A DNA stretch of 64,000 nt. Origin: a virus. Each line of letters begins with the position of its first letter. Positions within the stretch are counted from its first letter, which is position 1. The stretch lies in the IMG/VR virus record IMGVR_UViG_3300030328_002122, positions 64,001 to 128,000 of that record; one strand, 5' to 3'. The position numbers were made by a program, and so were the translations under genes. Of this stretch, positions 31,301 through 39,975 are shown piece by piece. The notes under the pieces are model-generated. The model did no database searches, was not told the DNA's origin, and saw nothing but the letters and a program-made list of their open reading frames with translations.

Positions 31301-32480
31301 TATAGTAAGAAATGGTAGTGCGTTTAAGATGTATAGAGATGGCGTAGAAACTATATCTGCTACTGTTTCTGGATCATTAAGTGGAACAGAAGTTACAAAA
31401 TTTAATCATGCATCACATACCACTTCTGGATCAGTTAGTAATTTACGAGTGGTAAAGGGTACAGCTGTGTACACAAGTGCTGGTTTTACATTACCAACTG
31501 GTAATTTAACTGCAATAAGTGGAACATCTTTATTGTTATTCCAAGAAAATAGTGGAACAACATTAGATGATGGTAGTACAAATAATGTTACTATAACAAA
31601 ACATAGTGGTCATAATATTATAACTGGTGGTGGCCCATATTATTGGAAAGATAATAGTGATAGTGGTTTTAGATTATCTGCATCTGGTGCTGGAAATGCT
31701 ACTAAAACAACTGGTGTAACATACCCTTCAAAAGATATAAGCACACAAAATAATTCATTATCTTTTAAAGGAGATACATCACACAGCTTTGCAACTCCAT
31801 TTAGTGATGGTGGTGGTGGATCTACATTGTTTTGTGCTACTCAGACACTTGGCGGTAATCATTCGGGGCATTATGCTGATGCTCCAGATAGTGCCCAATT
31901 TAGTATGGGTACTGGTGATTTTACTATTGAGGGTTGGGTATATCCTTATGATCAACAACATAATCGAGGATTTTGGGCTTTAAGTACTACTGCTGCTGAC
32001 AGTTGGAATTGGAATAGTGGAAATTCATTAGGATTTTTAAGAGGGTATGGTGATAGTGGAAATTTAGGGTTTTATGGTATTGGCAACGAACATAACTTAA
32101 CTACTACTGTTAATCCAGCGATTAATACTTGGTTTCATTTTGCCTTTGTTAGAATTTCTAACACTTTAAAGATCTATATTGATGGTGTTGAAAAGCATTC
32201 TGCAACTGATAACACTAATTATACAGGTGATGGTATAAAAATTGGTGGTCTTGGTGGTGTCGGTGGTGTAGCACATTTTAATATGTCTAATTTCAGAATT
32301 GTTAAGGGAACTGGTGTCTATACAAGTGCTTTTAGTGTACCAACTTCACCATTAACTGCTATAACAAACACAGTTTTATTAACTTGTAATGACAGTAATA
32401 AAGTTGATGATGCAAGTACATCTGGTCATGTTATCACTACTTATAATGATGTGATTGCAACAAGATTTCATCCATTCTAA
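28356..32480 (+). CDS. LamG/concanavalin-A repeat fibre or adhesin 3
   Basis: About five LamG modules; residues ~85-245 are nearly identical to fibre 1. Confidence 0.8.
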   Translation: MGKSRDRANRSGSDPVNIGTTRLAVDSGNVKVTAQDGTTFKKIFAEEVQVGVGNNRVILKRGSDGKAEFQSTADGGGSTTNLTVGGSSTVTNPSDLPITGNQAGDTILVTSNNNLMIYNGSGWYKIATITNATPTISSAGNASYTFATDGTPVSIEITASDPEGVALQYKYQVTTGSLGSTAAVTNSATSGGTYSALAANTYSNNRFFKVTPSTNSAHAGAFAITFSVTDGVNTANSSASSFTLAFEVSGSLRFDGTGDYITVPSSTNLQLGSSNFTVEFWLYLPVAIASNYQIYIGKGHNADSSREWYLEGMSDGKIDLFWSTNGGGWSSAEVTGVLPIRTWHHIVMQRTGSTLKVYTNGNESYVNSSFPTIHSGSQILNIGGFNDGSGLYSNSFMSNVRLIKGSNAYTTTGGSINLTPSNANVSLATDADYLIGSSEDFTIEAWVYTPSSFALNNAKWRTVYFCGTNGALQIAYDTAGKPVFYSGGNIILATTASTASTWEHIAFTRTGSSMVFYRNGVADGTATNNAAHGANTNAHYIGAYSGTEGGLGGYISNFRFVVGTGVYTGAFTPPHALTTSGGTYASTANVNTSFTASHTMILTGQSSSSVTDASQKNETLTLGSSAAAAANSPFITVPTEPISAISNTMLLVGTEKESVAVTDGAYSFDAVTSRLKTPDSSSGAYNLPADTPMTLEMWYYMRATPANSVYLWSLHDYQVHMTYYSSYSSHNQPHMQLYLGKGGSTRLYGNGNTGTSLNTWYHVAVTRNSSNVWNMYIDGVKQTLGAGGGAGGSQITNNSGWTGASEAARIGINCYPVVSSASWAVNSGMNGALSDIRWVVGTCVYSDSFTPPSGPLTKTGGTYPSNTNINTSITSSHTKMLTAQSSGVAGGLEFTGSGETTTASHAGFDFGSNDFTVEFWYKWKDNSGYQTLIDQYYHVGARHFLLQANTSTTKWGVFINQTHIGSAYESSDATIGIWHHYAIVRNGSAFKMYRDGVETISATVSGSLSGTEVTKFNHASHTTSGSVSNLRVVKGTAVYTSAGFTLPTGNLTAISGTSLLLFQENSGTTLDDGSTNNVTITKHSGHNIITGGGPYYWKDNSDSGFRLSASGAGNATKTTGVTYPSKDISTQNNSLSFKGDTSHSFATPFSDGGGGSTLFCATQTLGGNHSGHYADAPDSAQFSMGTGDFTIEGWVYPYDQQHNRGFWALSTTAADSWNWNSGNSLGFLRGYGDSGNLGFYGIGNEHNLTTTVNPAINTWFHFAFVRISNTLKIYIDGVEKHSATDNTNYTGDGIKIGGLGGVGGVAHFNMSNFRIVKGTGVYTSAFSVPTSPLTAITNTVLLTCNDSNKVDDASTSGHVITTYNDVIATRFHPF

Positions 32481-32497
32481 AATTAAAGGAAAATAAA

Positions 32498-34129
32498 ATG
32501 GGAAAATATGGAAAAACAATAACAGACTCATATAAAGAAGTTTTAGAGTGGACAGAAACTACAAATGAACTTCAAGAGAAAAAGAAAGTAACCAAACGAG
32601 AAATTGATAAGTTAGAAGATGGCAATGAACATGGAATGGTTGCACTCAAACTTGCACAATCTTTTGGTACTCCTAAAGAAATTAAGACAGTTCAAGACAT
32701 TAATAAAAGACATAATAGAGCTGGATCTATTGAACATAAAGATCAAAAAGAAAGAGATGCAATTATTCGTAAGTACTACGATATGGCAGAAAAAGTTGAA
32801 CTTGATGAAATGAATCCAACTGATCATGTTAAGAAAAAAGGTGACAAGTATTGTGTATATAATGCAGATGGTAGTGTTGCAAAAGAGTTTGATAATGAAG
32901 AAGATGCTAATAAATATGCGATTGACAATCACGATAAACTAATGAATGAAGAAGATAAACTTGATGAGGGTGCATTTTGGGGTCAGGATAAAATGGTCAA
33001 GTTCTTCAAAGATGCTGATAAGAAAAAAGGTCTTGTTCAGTTGAAAAAATCCACAGGTAGTTCAACATCAACGACTGTAACAGTCAAAGCAAAAGATATT
33101 AAAAAATATGAGAAACAAGGGTTTGAATTAGATCCTTACTTTGATGACATGAGAGAAGAAGTTGAACTTGATGAGAAATACGACTTGTATCATAAGTCTT
33201 TTTCAGATGCAATGAAACACGCTGTAGACTATGCAAAAAGTAAAATGGGTATTACAGTTGATCCAAAAGAAATTGATGATAAGGTTGCAACTGGCCCGAA
33301 AAAACCTTCTGATGGTAAAACTAATAAGTATAGGTTAAAGGGTAAGGGTGGAACTTTACAAATTCAAGTATATAACAAAGGTGGATCAAAACCATTTGAA
33401 TTAAATATGTATAAAGAAGAAATTGAACTTGATGAAGCAAAGTTTCAAGTAAATTATTCAAAGAATAATAAATTGTATTCAAAAACAATAAATGCAAAAG
33501 ACGAAGATGATGCAGAAGAAAAGGCAATCAAACAATTCAAGATTGATGATGACGATATTAGAAGTGTTGTTAAAGAGTCACTTACTGAAGATGCAATGAT
33601 TATAGATTTGGATTATTCTAAAAATCCAAAAGGTCTTTACAACGCAGTTCTTCAAATGTCCAAAAGATTAGGTCTTACAATATACAATGCACCACAAGCT
33701 ATGAAAGACTTACAAACTAAAGGTAAAGTTAGACTTGGTGGTACAGGTGCAAACCTTGTTAAGTTTATGAAACATCTAAATGACAAAGGTATTGAACCTA
33801 GTGTTGATGTTCAAAAAGGTAAGATGAAAGAAGAACTAGACTCTAGTCTAGAGGAAAAGAAACTTACAGATGCAGAGATGAAGAAAAGAGAAGAGATCGC
33901 AAAGGCTATAGAAAAAGATGATCCAGATATGCCTATGGATAAGAAGATGGCGATTGCAACTGCAACTGCAAAGAGAGTCGCAGAGGAAGAAGAACCAGAT
34001 AAACCAGACACTGCGAAACAAGTAGATCAGATGCGTGATGATAAAAAGAAAACACGTATCGCACAATTACAACTACAGATTGCAAAAGCAACTGAAACTA
34101 TTAATAAATTAAATACACAGGAGAAATAA
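32498..34129 (+). CDS. Charged multi-module protein with repeated E-x-ELDE linkers, probable processed internal head protein
   Basis: Linkers ELQE, EKVELDE, EDKLDE, EEVELDE, EEIELDE, ESLTE and SSLEE. Confidence 0.6.
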   Translation: MGKYGKTITDSYKEVLEWTETTNELQEKKKVTKREIDKLEDGNEHGMVALKLAQSFGTPKEIKTVQDINKRHNRAGSIEHKDQKERDAIIRKYYDMAEKVELDEMNPTDHVKKKGDKYCVYNADGSVAKEFDNEEDANKYAIDNHDKLMNEEDKLDEGAFWGQDKMVKFFKDADKKKGLVQLKKSTGSSTSTTVTVKAKDIKKYEKQGFELDPYFDDMREEVELDEKYDLYHKSFSDAMKHAVDYAKSKMGITVDPKEIDDKVATGPKKPSDGKTNKYRLKGKGGTLQIQVYNKGGSKPFELNMYKEEIELDEAKFQVNYSKNNKLYSKTINAKDEDDAEEKAIKQFKIDDDDIRSVVKESLTEDAMIIDLDYSKNPKGLYNAVLQMSKRLGLTIYNAPQAMKDLQTKGKVRLGGTGANLVKFMKHLNDKGIEPSVDVQKGKMKEELDSSLEEKKLTDAEMKKREEIAKAIEKDDPDMPMDKKMAIATATAKRVAEEEEPDKPDTAKQVDQMRDDKKKTRIAQLQLQIAKATETINKLNTQEK

Positions 34130-34783
34130 ATGTCCAAGTACTTTGAAACTAAAAAGGATAGTTTGGAACAGGCTGTGCTTGAGGCAATGTCGCCTGTACA
34201 GCCCGAAACAATTGTAGAAAAAATTGAGTATGTAGAATATAAATTTAAAAATTCTAAAGATGCAAAATCTGCTAAGTCATACTTTGAAGGAATCCAACTA
34301 ATGACTTTTGATGTGAATGATGATAACATTAGTAATGGAGAACTTATGGTAGATGCTGGTAACAAAGATATGACCAAGTATCACAAAGAAGTTATGCAAA
34401 AGTTTAAACCAAAAGTAATGACTCAAGAAAAGAAACTTACAGATGAAGATAAACTTGATGCAGTAAATCCAGACGCTGTTAAAAAGAAATTTAAAGATCG
34501 TAAGGATAAAGATATTGACAATGATGGTGATGTAGATTCATCTGATAAGTTTTTACATAAAAGACGTAAAGCAATATCAAAAGCAGTTAAAGAACAAAGT
34601 GAAACACTAATTCAAAGAGCTGCAAATGAGATTACAAAAATGTGGGAAAAGTCTGCAAATGTAAAAAGTGAAGAAGAAATGGATGATGAAGATGATGAAG
34701 AACCTAAGAATGGTAAAAAAACCATGACAGGTAAACCAATGTCTAAGGTTGAAACGGCCCCAAAAGACAAGATTGAGAAATAG
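34130..34783 (+). CDS. Probable head-associated protein with EF-hand-like loop
   Basis: DKDIDNDGDVDSSDKFLHKRRKAI. Confidence 0.55.
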   Translation: MSKYFETKKDSLEQAVLEAMSPVQPETIVEKIEYVEYKFKNSKDAKSAKSYFEGIQLMTFDVNDDNISNGELMVDAGNKDMTKYHKEVMQKFKPKVMTQEKKLTDEDKLDAVNPDAVKKKFKDRKDKDIDNDGDVDSSDKFLHKRRKAISKAVKEQSETLIQRAANEITKMWEKSANVKSEEEMDDEDDEEPKNGKKTMTGKPMSKVETAPKDKIEK

Positions 34784-34822
34784 ATAAATAGAAGAGTAAA
34801 TTCTTAGAGAAGGAGAAATGAT

Positions 34823-35380
34823 ATGGCCCTATGGGGAAATTCAAGTACTGATGAGTCCAAACCAAAGTGGACTACTGATGGAAATAAAACAGCAGATAAA
34901 CAAAATGTCTTTGCAACAGCGCAAGGATGGGTTATGCGTCATTATACAAAAGCTGATAAATCAACGCATTATGATGAAATTCTTTGTGCAATGAAAGGAC
35001 TTCCTACTGCTCTGGCAGCTGCAACAATTACTTCTGTTCACTTTGACACGAAAACATTAGCACGAGCTGCTACTGGTAAAGTTATTGTTGTGTATAACGA
35101 ACTTGTTGATGTTACTAGTGGTGCAACTCTAGTTGTTACAGCATCTGGACAATCAAATCCAACAGCTACTGCAGCTGCACAGACAGGTACAAATCGTGTG
35201 GAGTTCACATTTACAGTTCCTAATGCGGCAACCAATCTTTCAATTGGTGCTCAGACTCTTGGTGGTGGAAATAAAACTAAAGATGCAGGCACAAACACTA
35301 ATTCTGATAAAGTATTCGCTGCTGGTGATGTTATCGGTGCAGGCGGTAGTGGTGCAACTAAGACTATAGCAGTTGCATAA
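34823..35380 (+). CDS. Virion structural protein (MALWG-type)
   Basis: GATAAATA late-promoter variant at 34783-34790, strong SD; Thr/Ala/Gly-rich, Ig-like C-terminal half. Confidence 0.6.
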   Translation: MALWGNSSTDESKPKWTTDGNKTADKQNVFATAQGWVMRHYTKADKSTHYDEILCAMKGLPTALAAATITSVHFDTKTLARAATGKVIVVYNELVDVTSGATLVVTASGQSNPTATAAAQTGTNRVEFTFTVPNAATNLSIGAQTLGGGNKTKDAGTNTNSDKVFAAGDVIGAGGSGATKTIAVA

Positions 35381-35398
35381 TAAATAGTAAGGATAATT

Positions 35399-35653
35399 AT
35401 GAAAAAGAATGGTAACACTTTAAGTGTTGATGATATTGAAAAAAGAAAAGAAATGTTACAAACTGATATGAAACAAGTTCAGAAACAGTTGGAACAAACA
35501 GAAAAAATGAAGTTTCAGTTGACGGCTCAACATAATGCACTCAATGGTGCAATACAACAATGTGACTCGTTTATTGAACAATTAAGTGGGGCGAATAACG
35601 TCAGTAGCATCCCCTCGCAAGACGATAGAGCAGTAACTACTGCTCTTAGTTGA
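35399..35653 (+). CDS. Small coiled-coil protein (possible fibre chaperone)
   Basis: Heptad-rich; AATAAATA at 35379-35386 and SD aagga. Confidence 0.55.
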   Translation: MKKNGNTLSVDDIEKRKEMLQTDMKQVQKQLEQTEKMKFQLTAQHNALNGAIQQCDSFIEQLSGANNVSSIPSQDDRAVTTALS

Positions 35654-35677
35654 GGGTTTAAAATATAGGAGATAAAA

Positions 35678-36163
35678 ATGGCTGATAAAAAAATAACAGC
35701 GTTAACAGATTTAGGTGCAGCTATAGCAGATGTAGATTTACTACACGTTATAGATGATCCTGCTGGTAATCCAGTAAATAAAAAAGTTAGTATTGCAAAT
35801 GTTTTTAACAATATTCCAACATATCTTGGATTGGGTGGAACTGCACAAACACTTACTGCAACAGGTAATCCGACAGTTGGTGCTGGTGCATCATCAATAA
35901 CATTAGTTGATTTAAGTGGTGCAAGTAGTAGTACAGCTGCAACTGGTACATTGGGTACAGGAACAAATGGTCAAATTAAAATAGTTGCAATGAAAAACGC
36001 ACCTTCATCAAGTTCAGCATATACACTAACTGTAACTAATTGGGGATCAACTGCTACTGGAACTAACCAAATTGTATTAAACGCAATAGGTGAAGCTGTA
36101 GTTCTAATATGGATAGTAGATAAGTGGTATGTACTTTCAAATTTTAATGCAACCATTAGCTAA
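35678..36163 (+). CDS. Virion structural/short fibre protein
   Basis: [12 protein letters not shown]...D.L...D....NKKV N-terminal fibre-type motif; SD aggag. Confidence 0.6.
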   Translation: MADKKITALTDLGAAIADVDLLHVIDDPAGNPVNKKVSIANVFNNIPTYLGLGGTAQTLTATGNPTVGAGASSITLVDLSGASSSTAATGTLGTGTNGQIKIVAMKNAPSSSSAYTLTVTNWGSTATGTNQIVLNAIGEAVVLIWIVDKWYVLSNFNATIS

Positions 36164-36177
36164 GGGAGATTAAAACT

Positions 36178-36393
36178 ATGAAAAAATCTCCTATAGATCC
36201 TATCAGATATGGTGCAAATGGTAAACCCATATCTGAAAGTTCTGAAGTTTTACAGGAAATATTACAGGAAAATCCTAATATTGTAAAACTTCATAAGAAA
36301 AAAGATCCAATGTTACATACTCATGATGATGGTGTGGAACATTCACATAAGGGTGGTGATAAACCACACGAACATAATGAAGAGGAAGATTAA
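36178..36393 (+). CDS. Small protein with His-rich tail
   Basis: HTHDDGVEHSHKGGDKPHEH; SD gggag. Confidence 0.6.
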   Translation: MKKSPIDPIRYGANGKPISESSEVLQEILQENPNIVKLHKKKDPMLHTHDDGVEHSHKGGDKPHEHNEEED

Positions 36394-36394
36394 A

Positions 36395-36820
36395 ATGAAA
36401 AGATTTAATCAATACGTTTCTGAAGGAGCTAAGACTACTGAAGGTCAAGCAAGTGCAGATAGTGATTTCTCTTATGGTATGAGTAACCTATCTAATCCAG
36501 AAGTCATTGAAAGAATCAATGCATTTCTAGGTGTGATGGGTAGTATGGAACATTTAGTTGCAGAACACGCCATAAATAAGTTAAGAGAAAGACTTTCAAG
36601 ATTAGGTATTAATTTTGGTGATGTTGACCTATCAGAAGGTGGTGGTAAAATATCTTTACCATTATCACAGTATGCTAGATCTGGTAAAGAAGAAAATGGT
36701 GATGATATAAGTCCAGGCAGTGATAGTATTTCACATAATGTCGAAGGTGGATTATCATTACAGATTGAACATGAAAAAACTAAAGCAGGGACTCATTTTA
36801 TAAAGGCTAAAATAGTTTAA
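36395..36820 (+). CDS. Hypothetical protein with CTS-like N-terminus
   Basis: Start MKRFNQYVSE directly after the upstream stop, with SD gagg. Confidence 0.6.
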   Translation: MKRFNQYVSEGAKTTEGQASADSDFSYGMSNLSNPEVIERINAFLGVMGSMEHLVAEHAINKLRERLSRLGINFGDVDLSEGGGKISLPLSQYARSGKEENGDDISPGSDSISHNVEGGLSLQIEHEKTKAGTHFIKAKIV

Positions 36821-36832
36821 TATAATTATATT

Positions 36833-37195
36833 ATGTATGAAAAATTAACGAATGAAAACATCATAATGTTTGCAATCAGACATTATGATAATCCACAATG
36901 TGAAGGTGAATATGAGTTTCATGATGACATGAAACGATTCAAGTACATTAAGCGATTATTGAGAAAGTATGATGAAACTGGTGATTTAAAAGAAAGACTT
37001 ATATTAAACCACATAACTGTCATATATAATGTCTTTGGTGCAGACGCTGGGTCTACTTTATTATTATTTAAGATTGAAAAAGAATTTTGGAGTGTTCTTA
37101 AAGCATTTATGAGATTTTTAAATATGATTTCTGATGATGAACTTAAAGAAATAGAAGAAGATCTAAAGGTAAAGAAAGTGTTAGAGAAACTATAA
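36833..37195 (+). CDS. Conserved T4-like hypothetical protein
   Basis: Motifs FAIRHYDNPQC, D.KRFKYIKRLL and ERLILNH...YNVFG, recalled from marine T4-like phages. Confidence 0.75.
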   Translation: MYEKLTNENIIMFAIRHYDNPQCEGEYEFHDDMKRFKYIKRLLRKYDETGDLKERLILNHITVIYNVFGADAGSTLLLFKIEKEFWSVLKAFMRFLNMISDDELKEIEEDLKVKKVLEKL

Positions 37196-37812
37196 TGGGA
37201 AGAGCGATTGATTTATTTGTAACTTATAGATTTATTAAACTATTGGTTACACCTTTTGAAAAAACAGATGCTTTTAAGTTGGGTATCATTGATGAAAAAG
37301 GAGTTAGAACAAAGAAAAGATTGTATAAAGCTGTAGAACAAAATGCATATACAGTTTTACACAAACTTGTTTTTAACATCAAGAAAATATTTCAAAAGGT
37401 GCCAGGTTTAAGAACAAAGTTAGGTACATATGCAGCTGCTTTATTCTTGTTGAAAGATACTTTTAAAGAACACATAGAAGATCCAGAGATGTTTGAAAAA
37501 GAGTTTATGAAGTATCTTAAAGAAAACAATATTGATTTAGATGATGATATTTCAGAAGAAGTAACATTAGATAATGGTAAACTATCAAAAGGAATTTATT
37601 TACTTACACAAGATGTTATCGTAACAGGAGATGATGAGGAAGATGAAATAGATGCATTAGAAGGTGATGAAGTTGAAGCCTTTGAAGATCTTTCACCCTC
37701 TGATACAATACTAGGTGTTGATGTTTTTCCTGTCATACATAAAAAGACGAAACAAAAAATATTTGTAAGTGCAGAAGATATAAAAGAATTACAATTAGGG
37801 GATCTATTATGA
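37195..37812 (+). CDS. Conserved T4-like hypothetical protein
   Basis: D....YRFIKLL.TPF....AFKLGIID.KG and AYT..H.LVFN.K. Confidence 0.7.
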   Translation: MGRAIDLFVTYRFIKLLVTPFEKTDAFKLGIIDEKGVRTKKRLYKAVEQNAYTVLHKLVFNIKKIFQKVPGLRTKLGTYAAALFLLKDTFKEHIEDPEMFEKEFMKYLKENNIDLDDDISEEVTLDNGKLSKGIYLLTQDVIVTGDDEEDEIDALEGDEVEAFEDLSPSDTILGVDVFPVIHKKTKQKIFVSAEDIKELQLGDLL

Positions 37813-38318
37813 GTATAAGTTTTGACGATTTAATGAAAAAGTTCTATGATGATCCAAAACTAGGATTACAATCAGAAGATGTGCCAACAACATCAACTGC
37901 TAATGTGCCTGGAGCTGGAGATGATTCTTCTACAGTAGTGGTTAAAAGAAAAAAGAAACCATATGATGGTAGAACTAAAGAAGCAAGAAACTTTTTAAAA
38001 AGAATAGAAAATTTAAGATCTAAAAGAGAATCAAAACTTGCAAAGAAAGTGCAAGAAAATACTGTAAATTTTGAGAATGAATATTTACTTGTAGAAGATA
38101 ATATAGATGTTCTTAAAAATATTGTAAAGAATAAACAACACAAAACAATAAAGTTTAAAGATGGTTCTTTGAAAGTTGATATGTTTACTGCATCTGCAAT
38201 TACAAAAGTTTTTGACTTGATTAATAAATCTAATCAAGAAAAAATGAAACGGATGGTAAATGGAAGTAAGGGTCAGTTTATGAAAATAGCTGATTTTGCA
38301 CTCTCTAAAGTAAAGTAA
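37809..38318 (+). CDS. Hypothetical protein (probable head-associated)
   Basis: DGRTKEAR motif; internal LQSE and LVE sites. Confidence 0.55.
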   Translation: MSISFDDLMKKFYDDPKLGLQSEDVPTTSTANVPGAGDDSSTVVVKRKKKPYDGRTKEARNFLKRIENLRSKRESKLAKKVQENTVNFENEYLLVEDNIDVLKNIVKNKQHKTIKFKDGSLKVDMFTASAITKVFDLINKSNQEKMKRMVNGSKGQFMKIADFALSKVK

Positions 38319-38770
38319 TGAAAACATTCAAAGATTTTCTTAAAGAGGTATCTTACTCCTATGCGCTTGGTAACTATAAACCTATCGCAGATTTAAATGC
38401 GTCTACATCTGACGCAAAATTATCCAAAAAAGATTTAGACTCAGTAGAGAAATATGCAGATAGATTGTATAAATCTGTCGGTATTGATGTTGAGTTTACA
38501 CGACATTTTCTGGATCGTGTTAATGATGTTCGCAACAAAACACAAATTACAGTTGCAGAGTTGATACGTATGTTTAAACAATCATACAAAAAACACGGCA
38601 AGAAAATAGCACAACTTGGGCCTGATGCCGAAGCTGTGCTCAACGATATGCAAACAGATATAAATGTTCCGTTTGTATTAAAGTGGGATGGAAAAGAACT
38701 GGATTTGGTAGCAAAAACTGTTATGAGAAAAAAGAACTTTGGTACTCCAAATCCTAAACTATCATTCTAA
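38318..38770 (+). CDS. Probable internal head protein
   Basis: N-terminus MKTFKDFLKE (CTS-like); motifs FTRHFLDRVND.RN and KTVMRK..F. Confidence 0.6.
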   Translation: MKTFKDFLKEVSYSYALGNYKPIADLNASTSDAKLSKKDLDSVEKYADRLYKSVGIDVEFTRHFLDRVNDVRNKTQITVAELIRMFKQSYKKHGKKIAQLGPDAEAVLNDMQTDINVPFVLKWDGKELDLVAKTVMRKKNFGTPNPKLSF

Positions 38771-38783
38771 AGGAGAAAGTAAT

Positions 38784-39017
38784 ATGGAAATATTAAATAA
38801 AATAAAAGAGTGGGCTGGTGGATTAGCTAATGTAGGTGTTTCACTTGCTGCTCTTGCGATTATTTTAGAAGTGTTGGGTTTGGGTGCTATGCCATTCATG
38901 CCTTCCGAAATGTCTGTGATTACCAATATAAGTAATATTATGTCTGGACTAGGTTCACAAGGTATTATTGGTTTAATCGCTGTGTGGATTCTATATGAAA
39001 TTTGGCAAAAGCGATAA
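38784..39017 (+). CDS. Small two-TM membrane protein (holin candidate)
   Basis: SD aaggag; two hydrophobic segments and a basic C-terminus. Confidence 0.55.
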   Translation: MEILNKIKEWAGGLANVGVSLAALAIILEVLGLGAMPFMPSEMSVITNISNIMSGLGSQGIIGLIAVWILYEIWQKR

Positions 39018-39032
39018 TATAAGGAGAACATT

Positions 39033-39194
39033 ATGATTACTTGGATTAAGAATAGAATATCAGAAAGAACTACGTGGGATGGTGGAATTTGTATTGCAAT
39101 GGGTCTACTAGTTCTATTCATGACACCACTCGCTAAGATTGCAGCTGGAGTTGCGATTGCGTGGGGTTTATGGACTATTTGGAAATCTGAATAA
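39033..39194 (+). CDS. 53-aa two-TM membrane protein, not in the ORF track (holin candidate)
   Basis: SD aaggag; MITWIKNRISERTTWDGGICIAMGLLVLFMTPLAKIAAGVAIAWGLWTIWKSE. Confidence 0.65.
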   Translation: MITWIKNRISERTTWDGGICIAMGLLVLFMTPLAKIAAGVAIAWGLWTIWKSE

Positions 39195-39203
39195 AGGTTA
39201 ATT

Positions 39204-39626
39204 ATGGTGCGTGTATATATTACCATAATTATAATGTTGATACTTGGCTCTGTAGCATATGGGGCCAAGTATTATTATGATACAACCCAAGAAACTATTT
39301 CTGTTTTGAGAACAAATAATGCAACACTTAAAACAGTAAATAAACAAGTAACAACACAATTTGAAGAATATCGTAAAACTGTACAACAAGAGATAGAAGA
39401 TTTCAAAGCAGAAGTAAAAAAACAACAAGAATTAAATACCGAATTAAATACAAATCTTAAAAAAGTACAGGACGCAAATAAAGAAATATCAAAACTACTT
39501 GCGAATACAGATATAATAAAGAATAGCCTTGCAAACCCAAAAGCAAGTGAGGAAAAAATAAATGAAGAAGTTGATGTATTTTTTAGTGACATTAGTTGTG
39601 TTACTGATGATAAGTGCTTGCAGTAG
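39204..39626 (+). CDS. i-spanin-like (Rz-like) protein
   Basis: N-terminal TM helix plus long coiled coil; overlaps the downstream lipoprotein gene. Confidence 0.65.
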   Translation: MVRVYITIIIMLILGSVAYGAKYYYDTTQETISVLRTNNATLKTVNKQVTTQFEEYRKTVQQEIEDFKAEVKKQQELNTELNTNLKKVQDANKEISKLLANTDIIKNSLANPKASEEKINEEVDVFFSDISCVTDDKCLQ

Positions 39627-39975
39627 TTTTCGTGAGAAAGAAATTGTAACAGTACCGACAGTAGTTGAAAAAGTAGAAATTCCTGCTCCTACTATACAAA
39701 TTGTCAATCGTCCAAATCCAGTTAAAATGAAAGACGCTGACATTGTTGTAGTCACAGAAAATAACTTAGAAGATGTTATGAGTCGCATTAAAGATACACA
39801 AGGAGAGTTTGTGTTATATGCAATGACTGCTAGTAGTTTTGAGGCTCTTGCACTTAACTTTGAAGAGATAAAAAGATTTATAGAAGAACAAAATCAAATC
39901 ATTTTGTATTATGAAAAGGCAGTTACACCAAGAGAGGATAATACAGAAGATGACATACAATCTGAAGAAAATTAA
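39562..39975 (+). CDS. o-spanin-like (Rz1-like) lipoprotein
   Basis: Signal peptide with lipobox ISA-C; Pro-rich; overlaps the 3' end of the i-spanin gene. Confidence 0.65.
   Translation: MKKLMYFLVTLVVLLMISACSSFREKEIVTVPTVVEKVEIPAPTIQIVNRPNPVKMKDADIVVVTENNLEDVMSRIKDTQGEFVLYAMTASSFEALALNFEEIKRFIEEQNQIILYYEKAVTPREDNTEDDIQSEEN

Noticed and set aside
21262-32480. Diversity-generating retroelement acting on the fibre repeats
   Set aside because: No reverse transcriptase in the window. Repeats are in-frame coding modules, with no template/variable pair showing adenine-specific differences.
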